Below are positions 8,100-15,672 of a stretch of 16,839 nucleotides of DNA, in pieces. How positions within the stretch are numbered: position 1 is the stretch's first letter; each line of letters begins with the position of its first letter. The stretch lies in contig JAEOSI010000023.1 of the NCBI GenBank assembly GCA_016840425.1, forward strand, positions 1 through 16,839. Reading direction: 5' to 3'. Position numbers and translations under genes: made by a program. This stretch comes from Candidatus Wukongarchaeum yapensis. GTDB lineage: Archaea; Asgardarchaeota; Wukongarchaeia; Wukongarchaeales; Wukongarchaeaceae. The notes beneath the pieces are model-generated. The model made no database searches. It was not told where the DNA came from and saw nothing but the letters and a program-made list of their open reading frames with translations.

Positions 8100-8267
8100 G
8101 CTTTCCCCTCCTTTCCTCTTTATTCAATTCTGCTTGATAAGTATTTCCTTGCTTTCTTTTCAGTCTTGAAAAGTCCAAAAAATATTTTCAAACATTATTA
8201 ATCCAAAAGTTTAAAACTTAGCCAAGAAGCACGTCTATTTTAAAAAACTTATAAGAACTTTAACTCC

Positions 8268-8275
8268 CTTAAAAA
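8268..8275 (-). promoter_or_regulatory. TATA-like box TTTTTAAG pointing toward the small ORF and lysC
   Basis: AGCGTTTTTAAG (minus strand 8279-8268) is identical over 12 bp to the truD upstream element at 14201-14212. Confidence 0.4.
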
Positions 8276-8387
8276 CGCTAATATTAGTGGTTGAAACTAT
8301 TTTTAATATTTTAAAGACTTTTGAATGATTAAACATCCTTAATGAGCGACTGAAAAATATTAAACGTTTTATTAAGAAGGTATCACT

Positions 8388-9013
8388 TTGGCGGAAAATG
8401 AGGAAAAATCTGTTTGTTTGATCAATTGCGGAATATTAGAGAAAGAAATAAAAGATTGATTGAAGATGGTGCGATAAAAGTTAAAGCGTATTTTTTACCG
8501 CCTACGCTTCACTTGGATTTTGACGAATTGAAAGGTAACCTTGAAAAACAGTTAGAAGAGTGTTCTAAAAACTGTCATAACGGCATAGTTGTAGTTTATG
8601 GAGACTCTTGCCATGCTGAAATCAAGGACATTGTTAGGAACTATGGCGCAGTTAAAGTGCAAGGATGCCTAAACTGTATCGAAATGCTACTTGGCAAAGA
8701 GACTAGGGAAAAGATCGACCCTGAAAAGGCGTTTTGGTATCTTTCACCGGGTTGGTGTGAAAACTGGGAAAAATTTCTGAAGGACTCCTTGGGATTGGAT
8801 GAAAAAGAAGCAAAAGAACAGTTAAAAAATATTAAGAAGGTGATTTTTGTCGACACTCTAGGAAATTATGAAGAATACAAAAAAGATATAGAAAAATTTA
8901 GAGAATATTCAGGGATACAACAAGTAGAAAAAGTAGAGGTAGGACTGGAAAAACTTAAAAACACACTCTTAAATGCCATAAATCAGGCTTTAGAAACAAA
9001 AAAAGAACGATGA
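8388..9013 (+). pseudogene. DUF1638-like protein split by a single-base frameshift near 8450-8453
   Basis: TTG 8388 (AAGGT SD) reads MAENEEKSVCLINCGILEKEIKD* (stop 8457-8459). The -1 frame continues RLIEDGAIKVKAYFLPPTLH...VVYGDSCH...GCLNCIEMLLG...YLSPGW. IxCGILEKEI, LH, YGD-C, NCIEMLLG and LSPGW match my recollection of DUF1638. Confidence 0.7.
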
Positions 9014-9028
9014 AACCTTTTTGAGGAT

Positions 9029-9988
9029 TTAAGGAGGCAATAATTTTCCTTTATCTAACACTGTGACTTCTTTTTCTTCAATTTCTAATTTTAGTGTTGG
9101 ATCAGTGATAACAAAGTCTATGTGTGTATTTGCTTTGTTTTTCCCCCCAAAGTTTAGGTTGTGACCAAAGGCTATGTGACACGTATCGATGACTTTTTCA
9201 TCTTCTAGTAAGTTACCTGTGATTTTTGCTTTTGGATTTGTTCCGATGCCTAATTCCGCTATGATGAAGGCGTTTTCTCCTGCAGCTTCTAAGAAGTTTT
9301 TTAACCTTTTCCCGCTTAGAGTTTCTTCTATCTCAATGATTCTCCCATGTTCTAACACGACTTTGGTATAATCCTCCACCATGGTGCTTACGGGTTCTAT
9401 TATGAGGGTGCCGTCGCCTTTATCCTCTTCAGGGGCAATAAAGGCTTCCCCTGCAGGAAGGTTGCCTACGTCGCCGGGTTTGTGGAATATGCCTGTATCA
9501 AGCCATCCTTCCCTATCTTCCAAGTAGATGGTGAGGTTTGTTCCTGAGGGGGAAGTTATGCTTGCTTTGTTGGCTTTTGTAAGAAGATCTCCTAGTTTTC
9601 TGGTTAAGACTTCAACTTCTTTGTAGTCGCATGTCAGAGGACCTTTAAACATCTCCTCAGTCACGCCAGGCATTGTTACAACTCTTGTGCCTGCTTTTAA
9701 AGCATTGCCCGTTGCTTGTGTATGAGTCATAGAATGAGTAGTTGGGATTAAAACAGCATCCGCCGCTTTCATGGCTTCTGCAACGGCTTTTGGCGGCTCG
9801 CTTCCAGGCCGTTCACCTACAGGAATTTCTACAAAGGAAACTATCCCGTTCAAGGCCGCACCAATCAAAGCGAGGACTTTACCCATCCTATACTTATTCA
9901 TATCAGTTATGATGAGAAGTTCTTCACCCTCACGCAACCCTAAACACTCTTTTACAGCAATATATGCGCCACGCATCAAATTTAACAT
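9029..9988 (-). CDS. Thermophilic metalloprotease (M29)/AmpS-like aminopeptidase
   Basis: NLPAGEAFIAP, IAELGIGTNP, LEDEK..TCHIAFG and THIDFV carry the Glu/His/Asp metal ligands. Start placed at ATG 9988, 8 nt after GGTGA. Confidence 0.88.
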   Translation of the reverse strand: MLNLMRGAYIAVKECLGLREGEELLIITDMNKYRMGKVLALIGAALNGIVSFVEIPVGERPGSEPPKAVAEAMKAADAVLIPTTHSMTHTQATGNALKAGTRVVTMPGVTEEMFKGPLTCDYKEVEVLTRKLGDLLTKANKASITSPSGTNLTIYLEDREGWLDTGIFHKPGDVGNLPAGEAFIAPEEDKGDGTLIIEPVSTMVEDYTKVVLEHGRIIEIEETLSGKRLKNFLEAAGENAFIIAELGIGTNPKAKITGNLLEDEKVIDTCHIAFGHNLNFGGKNKANTHIDFVITDPTLKLEIEEKEVTVLDKGKLLPP

Positions 9989-10111
9989 GAATATCATCAC
10001 CAACTTTTAGTTTATAATTGAAAATGGTTTAAATATTGGTATCAGTGTTACATAATAAAAATATTAAGGAGATAATTCCAAAGGTAGAAAATAGTTAGGT
10101 TGATGGTTGAA

Positions 10112-11011
10112 ATGGGATTTTTTAGTGCAGTACGAGTATCTCTTTTATTTCTTTTCATGATTGGTCTGCTATTCATTGTAAGCTACTTTCTTGGCTTATC
10201 TTTCTATTGGTTTTTGATACTTTCAGGCATTTTTACCTTATCGAGTTGGTGGTTTAGCGATAAGCTAGTCTTGAAGATGACTGGTGCTCGGCTAGTTACG
10301 GAGGAAGAAGCACCCGAACTTCATTCGATAGTGGCTCGTCTAACTGAAAAAGCAGGATTAAAGAAAAAACCAAGAGTCGCTATAATGGATAGTGCTACTC
10401 CAAACGCTTTTGCTACAGGAAGGAGTCCTGGGCATTCTGTTGTAGCGGTAACAACAGGATTGATGAGAATCCTCAACACTGAAGAACTCGAAGCAGTACT
10501 CGCGCATGAGGTAGGTCACGTCAAGCATTGGGATATTTTGATCGGTGCAATAGCAGCAATGTTTGCAGGGGCCATTGCCTGGCTCGCACGCTGGGGCATA
10601 TTTTTTGGTAGAGGTAGTCAAAGGAATATGGCATTAGTTATCCTTGCTTGGGTTCTTGCACCTATTGCGGCCATGTTAATTCATCTTGCCATTTCAAGGG
10701 GTAGAGAGTATGTTGAAGATGAGTTTAGCGGGCGGATAACGGGGCGTCCTGAAAATCTTGCAAATGCCCTTCGCAAGCTTCAACAAGGGGTATCAAGGCG
10801 TCCTGAGACAACTCTTAACCCTGCCACAAGCCATATGTTCATCGTTCATCCTTTCAGAGGTGGTGCTTTAAGCGGTCTTTTCAGTACGCATCCAAGCACT
10901 GAAAACAGGATAAAAAGGTTGATGGAGCAGGCGAAAAAGATGGGGAGATTGCCAGGATCCTGGGAACCCCGCGAGATTACACCTGATGAGTATACAATAC
11001 GGTTAGGATAA
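10112..11011 (+). CDS. htpX: Membrane zinc metalloprotease HtpX (M48)
   Basis: PNAFATGRSP, AVTTGL, HEVGH (HExxH), SRGREY, LANALRKL, LFSTHPS...RI. Start uncertain (TTG 10100, ATG 10103 or ATG 10112). Confidence 0.95.
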   Translation: MGFFSAVRVSLLFLFMIGLLFIVSYFLGLSFYWFLILSGIFTLSSWWFSDKLVLKMTGARLVTEEEAPELHSIVARLTEKAGLKKKPRVAIMDSATPNAFATGRSPGHSVVAVTTGLMRILNTEELEAVLAHEVGHVKHWDILIGAIAAMFAGAIAWLARWGIFFGRGSQRNMALVILAWVLAPIAAMLIHLAISRGREYVEDEFSGRITGRPENLANALRKLQQGVSRRPETTLNPATSHMFIVHPFRGGALSGLFSTHPSTENRIKRLMEQAKKMGRLPGSWEPREITPDEYTIRLG

Positions 11012-11077
11012 AGCGCCATACTCCCTCTTTTGTCAATCAGTAATTATTAGTCTTTTTATTATCTCGTCTTTATCTTG

Positions 11078-11090
11078 TTTTTTTAAAAAA
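11078..11090. terminator. Bidirectional oligo-T terminator candidate (T7A6) between convergent htpX and ef1b
   Basis: TTTTTTTAAAAAA gives a T-run on each strand in the convergent gap. Archaeal intrinsic terminators are oligo-T. Confidence 0.5.
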
Positions 11091-11129
11091 GTAAGTGGTT
11101 TAACTTAAACTGGGGGAGAGTTGGATAGA

Positions 11130-11408
11130 TTAAAGAGAGATTCTTGTTACTGCTTCTACCCTTGTGGATTCAACATCTTCTAGGCTTTCAATTGCTTCTT
11201 GAACAGCGTCTAGTATCTTTGTTCCTGATTCTTCTGGGACTGCTACGTTCAGCATGAGTGCGACCAATCCAAAAGCGATCGGTTGTTCTCCTGAAGCCGT
11301 GATTTCTGCTCCTTCTGGTAAAATTTTTTCTACTTGTTTTTTTATCATGTTTGGCTTGATTTCTGGGTCTTTTGGCATAACTTTTATTTTTGCAACTACT
11401 TTTGCCAT
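11130..11408 (-). CDS. ef1b: Archaeal translation elongation factor 1-beta
   Basis: MAKVVAKIKVMP...QPIAFGLVAL...ESLEDVES. ATG 11408 behind GGTGA. Follows the Zn-ribbon gene, the usual archaeal pairing. Confidence 0.95.
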   Translation of the reverse strand: MAKVVAKIKVMPKDPEIKPNMIKKQVEKILPEGAEITASGEQPIAFGLVALMLNVAVPEESGTKILDAVQEAIESLEDVESTRVEAVTRISL

Positions 11409-11473
11409 TGTATAACTCACCTATAAAGTTGTTAAAACTAGTTTACTTTCAATTTAAAGGGGTATTTTTTAAT

Positions 11474-11659
11474 TTATGGTCCCCAGAAACTACAGTTAGG
11501 ACATTTATAAGAGTTTCCCAGCTTGCGACACCTACTGCATCTTACGATGGTTATTGCGCCGCAATTTGGACATGAAAACTTATTAGCACCTCTATCTTTT
11601 GGGGATACAATGCGACTGCAGCAAGAGCAAAGAGGCATTATTATTTCTTCAGACGGCAA
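11474..11659 (-). CDS. Small zinc-ribbon protein (COG2888/DUF1610, HVO_2753-like)
   Basis: Four CxxC motifs (CSCC, CPNC, CSRC, CPNC) ending in WGP. Immediately upstream of EF-1beta. Confidence 0.9.
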   Translation of the reverse strand: MPSEEIIMPLCSCCSRIVSPKDRGANKFSCPNCGAITIVRCSRCRKLGNSYKCPNCSFWGP

Positions 11660-11765
11660 TCAGTTCTACACTCCATATTTTGTAAACCCATGTTTTCCAC
11701 ATAGATCTTGAATATGATAGAAGTAAAGGGTTTGTACTTAATAATTGTTTATAAATTCTTTCATA

Positions 11766-13019
11766 TTATTTTTTAATGGAAGTTATGATTTTTGGGATTA
11801 GGGAGTAGGTTATTGGGTTTTTTAAGGCGGTTAGTATGAGGGTTGCTTGCCAGTCTATGTCTCCTTTTTTCTCGATTACTTTTTCGATTTTATATGTTTT
11901 TATTGTTTTAAATAGGTGGTCGATTGCTTGATCTGAAAGGATGTTAAAAGTTTTGCGGAGTAAAAACATTAATTTTAACTGTTTTTTTAGAAGTTTTTGC
12001 CACGATTTTTCATAGTTTTCTTTGAGAAAATTTGAGGAGAAGTTTTGTTCTTCTACGGCTTTTTTTGCGGCTTTTGCTGCGATAATAGCGCAGAGACCAC
12101 CTGTAACGACCCCGCCTCCTGTAGTGGGCTTTGTTTGACCAGCAGCGTCGCCTACCACTATGAAGTTATCGGTAACCGTTCTTTTTATAGGACCGCTCAG
12201 AGGGACTTTTCCCCCCATTTTCCTCCTTATTTTAGCCCCTTTAACCTTTTTCGAGGCTATTGGATGAGAGTTCATGAACTTTTTTAATAACATTCTTGTT
12301 CGATAACCATGTTTTGCTATCAGGCCTACCCTAGCACCTTCGCCTTTTAATGGGATTATCCAAGCAAAAAAGCCAGGAGCGATCCTTCGTCCAAGATAAA
12401 GTTCTACCATATTAGGGTTCAAATCTTTTACTTTTTCTAATTCAACTTGGGCGCCTGAATACACCCAATTTTTTTTATGAGGAGTTAAACCTGCCTGTAA
12501 AAGGAGACGGCTATCAGTTCCCTCCGCATCTATAACAAGATCGCTTGAAACTGTTACTAATTTGGCAGGTTCCTTTTTTTGGAGGGATTTCATTTTTACG
12601 TAAACTTTCATGCCAGAATCTGTTTTTTCTATTTTTTCCACATGGACGCCTTTAAAAGCTTCTACACCCAAAATCTCAGCATACTGAAAAATTTTTTTAT
12701 CAAACTCAACCCTATCAACAACTACTGCCTGAGGAGTTTCTCTTTCAACTTTAAACTGATAGTTTGAAGGAGAAAAAAAAGTCGCGCCTCTTATCGAAGG
12801 ATTTTGTATGACTCCATCCCACTCTGAGAAGAGATGATTGTATAGTCCTAAGAGTTTTAGTCCTTTTACGCTTAGAAGACCAGCGCAATGAGGAGGCTCG
12901 CCTATCTTGAAATGTTCTTCTAGAAGACATACTTTTAAATTGCTTTTCGCACACTCAATGGCAGTCAGGATACCACAAGGGCCACCGCCAACAACGATAA
13001 CGTCATGGGATGCTTCCAT
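11766..13019 (-). CDS. Geranylgeranyl reductase family FAD oxidoreductase (DGGR-like, archaeal lipid saturation)
   Basis: DVIVVGGGPCG Rossmann motif, IGEPPHCAG, VDRVEFDK, IDAEG, PGFFAWIIP, VGDAAGQTKPTTGGG. ATG 13019 behind GGTGG; the ORF-track extension to 13058 contains the SD. Confidence 0.9.
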   Translation of the reverse strand: MEASHDVIVVGGGPCGILTAIECAKSNLKVCLLEEHFKIGEPPHCAGLLSVKGLKLLGLYNHLFSEWDGVIQNPSIRGATFFSPSNYQFKVERETPQAVVVDRVEFDKKIFQYAEILGVEAFKGVHVEKIEKTDSGMKVYVKMKSLQKKEPAKLVTVSSDLVIDAEGTDSRLLLQAGLTPHKKNWVYSGAQVELEKVKDLNPNMVELYLGRRIAPGFFAWIIPLKGEGARVGLIAKHGYRTRMLLKKFMNSHPIASKKVKGAKIRRKMGGKVPLSGPIKRTVTDNFIVVGDAAGQTKPTTGGGVVTGGLCAIIAAKAAKKAVEEQNFSSNFLKENYEKSWQKLLKKQLKLMFLLRKTFNILSDQAIDHLFKTIKTYKIEKVIEKKGDIDWQATLILTALKNPITYSLIPKIITSIKK

Positions 13020-13132
13020 TAAACCACCAAAAACAGGCTTTTTATTTGAGGAAAACACTTAATTTTATGAGTTTTTTGGATTAAAGGTTTAATGGTTTTG
13101 TTAAAGACACGGAAAGGAAGAGAGGGGTTTAT

Positions 13133-13504
13133 TTGCTTCAAAAGAAGGAGTTTAATTATAAGCAGGCGATAGTTATTGATTCGAGTTTGGGAATGTCTAA
13201 AGGTAAAACAGCAGTACAAACCGCTCACGCTGCTATACTTGCATCAGAAGAAGCAAGGAGGAAGAGAAGAGAGTGGTTAGAGTCATGGTTGAGGGAAGGA
13301 CAGAAAAAAGTTGTTTTAAAGGTTTCTTCACTTAACGAACTTTTAAGCTTTCAGAAAGAGGCGGAAAAGGGAGGAATTCCCAATGCGATTGTTAGCGATG
13401 CAGGCTTGACGGAGCTTGAACCAGGAACAATTACTGCCTTAGGGATAGGGCCTGCTCCTTCCGAACTTATTGATAAGATTACAGGAAAATTAAAACTTCT
13501 CTAA
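13133..13504 (+). CDS. pth2: Peptidyl-tRNA hydrolase 2
   Basis: YKQAIV, LGMSKGKTAVQTAHAA, GQKKVVLKV, DAGLTELEPGTITALGIGP, DKITGKLKLL. TTG start behind GAGGGG. Confidence 0.97.
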   Translation: MLQKKEFNYKQAIVIDSSLGMSKGKTAVQTAHAAILASEEARRKRREWLESWLREGQKKVVLKVSSLNELLSFQKEAEKGGIPNAIVSDAGLTELEPGTITALGIGPAPSELIDKITGKLKLL

Positions 13505-13535
13505 TAGAAGGAGAAGAAAACTAGTTGAAAAATAG

Positions 13536-13886
13536 TTAATAAGCTAAACAGAGAAGAGGTAGACTGTTCGTTAAACTTTCTTCATGGCCTTCTAATTTTT
13601 TAGAAAGTTCCACGATAATTTCAACTAGGGGAGAGCATAAAAATCCTTTGAAAAAGATCCTTCCTTGGCAGTTTCTTTTTTTGCAAATATCAGGGTTTAA
13701 AGTACAATTATGTTTAAAATGTTCATTGTAATAAGGACAAGCGCCTATTTCTCCCGTATAACCCGTTAAAAATGCTACGATTCTATCATCTTTTATCAGG
13801 GGGTCCAAATTTAGAAAATTAAACGAACTTTTTCCTTTATTAACCATTTCTATTTTTTGATTACTGACTACTTCCACGATCAGCAC
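13536..13886 (-). CDS. Hypothetical Cys-rich protein (C-x10-C-x6-C-x4-C...FLC), possibly with a disrupted 5' end
   Basis: 116-aa ORF. No family recognised. The best SD (GGAGG 13911-13907) serves an out-of-frame TTG/ATG. Confidence 0.5.
   Translation of the reverse strand: MLIVEVVSNQKIEMVNKGKSSFNFLNLDPLIKDDRIVAFLTGYTGEIGACPYYNEHFKHNCTLNPDICKKRNCQGRIFFKGFLCSPLVEIIVELSKKLEGHEESLTNSLPLLCLAY
13584..13655. repeat. Copy A of a degenerate 72-bp direct repeat (partner at 14055-14126)
   Basis: 53/72 nt identical without gaps (hand count). Perfect cores GCATAAAAATCCTT (13635-13648 and 14106-14119) and TCTAATTTTTTA (13591-13602 and 14062-14073); offset 471 bp. Confidence 0.85.
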
Positions 13887-13988
13887 CTTTCATGATCAAC
13901 GCCCTTCCTCCGCCAGCAATAAGTTTGTAATAGATATTTTGGTGATAAATTAGATGTTGCTTTTTTATTCGATAAGAAGGTAATGTCT

Positions 13989-14005
13989 GCTTGTTTCAAA
14001 CAAGC
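13989..14005. promoter_or_regulatory. 17-bp palindrome GCTTGTTT-C-AAACAAGC
   Basis: Perfect 8-bp arms with a 1-nt spacer, about 100 bp upstream of the Cys-rich ORF. Confidence 0.45.
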
Positions 14006-14036
14006 CATATTAAGATAGGAAGTTAGATTATTTATA

Positions 14037-14207
14037 TCATTTGGTCGGTTTTGAATGAGTCTCTAATTTTTTATAAGAGTTAACGATCGTTTCAATTAGG
14101 GAGGGGCATAAAAATCCTTCGATGAAAGTACTTTTATTAAACCAGAGGGAGAGAGTGTTTATGAAATGGTTGCTTTTGCAAGAGCTTAGTCTAAATAGAG
14201 AGCGTTT
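14037..14207 (-). pseudogene. Start-less 56-codon paralogous fragment of the Cys-rich ORF (contains repeat copy B, 14055-14126)
   Basis: The open frame reads ...STFIEGFLCPSLIETIVNSYKKLETHSKPTK*, against RIFFKGFLCSPLVEIIVELSKKLEGH in 13536-13886 (14/24 aa identical). No ATG/GTG/TTG in frame. Confidence 0.6.
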
Positions 14208-14212
14208 TTAAG
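14201..14212 (+). promoter_or_regulatory. BRE/TATA-like element (AGCG-TTTTTAAG) for truD
   Basis: TATA centre about 27 nt upstream of ATG 14235, compatible with a leaderless or short-leader transcript. Confidence 0.5.
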
Positions 14213-14234
14213 AGAGAATGGGGTGTTTTTCATA

Positions 14235-15605
14235 ATGAAAAACTTAAGAAAGTCTCTTAAGCTTGAAGAATTTATAGGTATAAGATATTATTGGACGAAA
14301 AGTGAAGGTATCGGAGGAGTAATCAAAAAGAGACATGAAGATTTTGTAGTAGAGGAGATAATGCCTAGTGGAAGGGTTTTATCTGTAAGGAGAGGGGAGG
14401 ATCAGCTTAGGGAGGAAGTGGGAGAAGAGAAGGGGCTTTGGACGCATTTTGTTTTAGTTAAGAAAGGGATAGATACGATTTCTGCTGTTAGGAGGATTGC
14501 TGAAGCTTTAAATGTTCCGTTAAATTTTTTTGGTTTTGCTGGGATGAAGGATGCTTCAGCATGGACAGCTCAGAGAGTGTGTGTGTGGAAGGTTTCACCT
14601 GAAAAGTTGCTAAAAGTAGGGATTAGGAATGTGGAGATAAGATCCCCGATAAAAGCTCTTAGTTCGATAGGGTTAGGGGATTTATGGGGTAATCGATTTC
14701 AAATAACCATAAGAGATATTCTCCATGATGTTTCTGAAACAAAAAAGATGGTAGAGGAGGGCTTGGGGGAGATAAGGGAAAGAGGAGGGATTCCTAACTA
14801 TTTTGGTCATCAAAGATTTGGGATTAGTCGTCCGATAACTCATCTTGTAGGTCGTGCTATTGTAAAAGGTGATTTTGAAGGGGCAGTTATGACGTTTCTA
14901 TGTGAGGAAATAAGTGGGGATGGAAATGAGATTGGGGCGAGTTTTAGGAAGGATTTGGAGGATAGTTTAGATTTTGTTTCGGCGCTTAAAAATTTCCCTC
15001 GGGGTTTGTATTATGAAAGGGTTATGTTGAGACATTTATCAAAGCGTCCTCGTGATTTTATAAATGCCTTAAGAAGGTTGCCGAAATCGCTTTTAAAAAT
15101 GTTTATTCATGCTTATCAATCATATCTTTTTAATATATATTTGAGCCGTAGAATTGAAGAGGATTTGTCTTTTACAGGACCAATGGAGGGAGATTTAATA
15201 ATAGGGGGAGAAGTGCAAAAAATTCGCTATGAAAGTGTCCGTGTATATATGGGCAAAATAGGCGGTCATTTTGATGGGCGGATTTTGGCTCCTCTTGTGG
15301 GTTTTAAAATTAAGCGTCCAGAAGGAAAGTCTGGAGAAATTTTGGAGGAGATTTTAGAGAGGGAGGATATTTCTTTAACTGATTTTAAAATTGGTAAGAT
15401 GCCTGATATATCTTCTAAGGGGAATTATCGTGAAATATTCATAGTGATGGAAAAACCAGTTTTAATCTATAAAACGGAGCAGTTAGAGGCTAATCCGCAT
15501 CGTACGTTGCTCTTGATTGATTTTTCACTTAGGTCTGGGCAGTTTGCGACTGTTTTTTTAAGAGAGTTGATGAAAACGGGTCCAATGGCATATGTTGGAG
15601 GATAG
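14235..15605 (+). CDS. truD: tRNA pseudouridine(13) synthase TruD, archaeal long form
   Basis: GIGGVIKKRHEDFVVEE, KKGIDT, FAGMKD (catalytic Asp), LGDLWGNRFQITIR, PNYFGHQRFG, FIHAYQSYLFN, KGNYR, FSLRSGQFATVFLRELMK. Start at ATG 14235 (GTG 14223 lies in the SD-like GGGGTG). Confidence 0.96.
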   Translation: MKNLRKSLKLEEFIGIRYYWTKSEGIGGVIKKRHEDFVVEEIMPSGRVLSVRRGEDQLREEVGEEKGLWTHFVLVKKGIDTISAVRRIAEALNVPLNFFGFAGMKDASAWTAQRVCVWKVSPEKLLKVGIRNVEIRSPIKALSSIGLGDLWGNRFQITIRDILHDVSETKKMVEEGLGEIRERGGIPNYFGHQRFGISRPITHLVGRAIVKGDFEGAVMTFLCEEISGDGNEIGASFRKDLEDSLDFVSALKNFPRGLYYERVMLRHLSKRPRDFINALRRLPKSLLKMFIHAYQSYLFNIYLSRRIEEDLSFTGPMEGDLIIGGEVQKIRYESVRVYMGKIGGHFDGRILAPLVGFKIKRPEGKSGEILEEILEREDISLTDFKIGKMPDISSKGNYREIFIVMEKPVLIYKTEQLEANPHRTLLLIDFSLRSGQFATVFLRELMKTGPMAYVGG

Positions 15606-15672
15606 ATAAACTTTTTTAATAAAATTGTTTTAAGTTGTTCTATTTTTTAGAATAGGCAAAGGATGTGAGGTT

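Noticed and set aside
8001-8201. 66-aa plus-strand ORF, Phe-rich
   Set aside because: It is the T-rich complement of a purine-rich minus strand and has no SD. The SD-led ORF is on the opposite strand.
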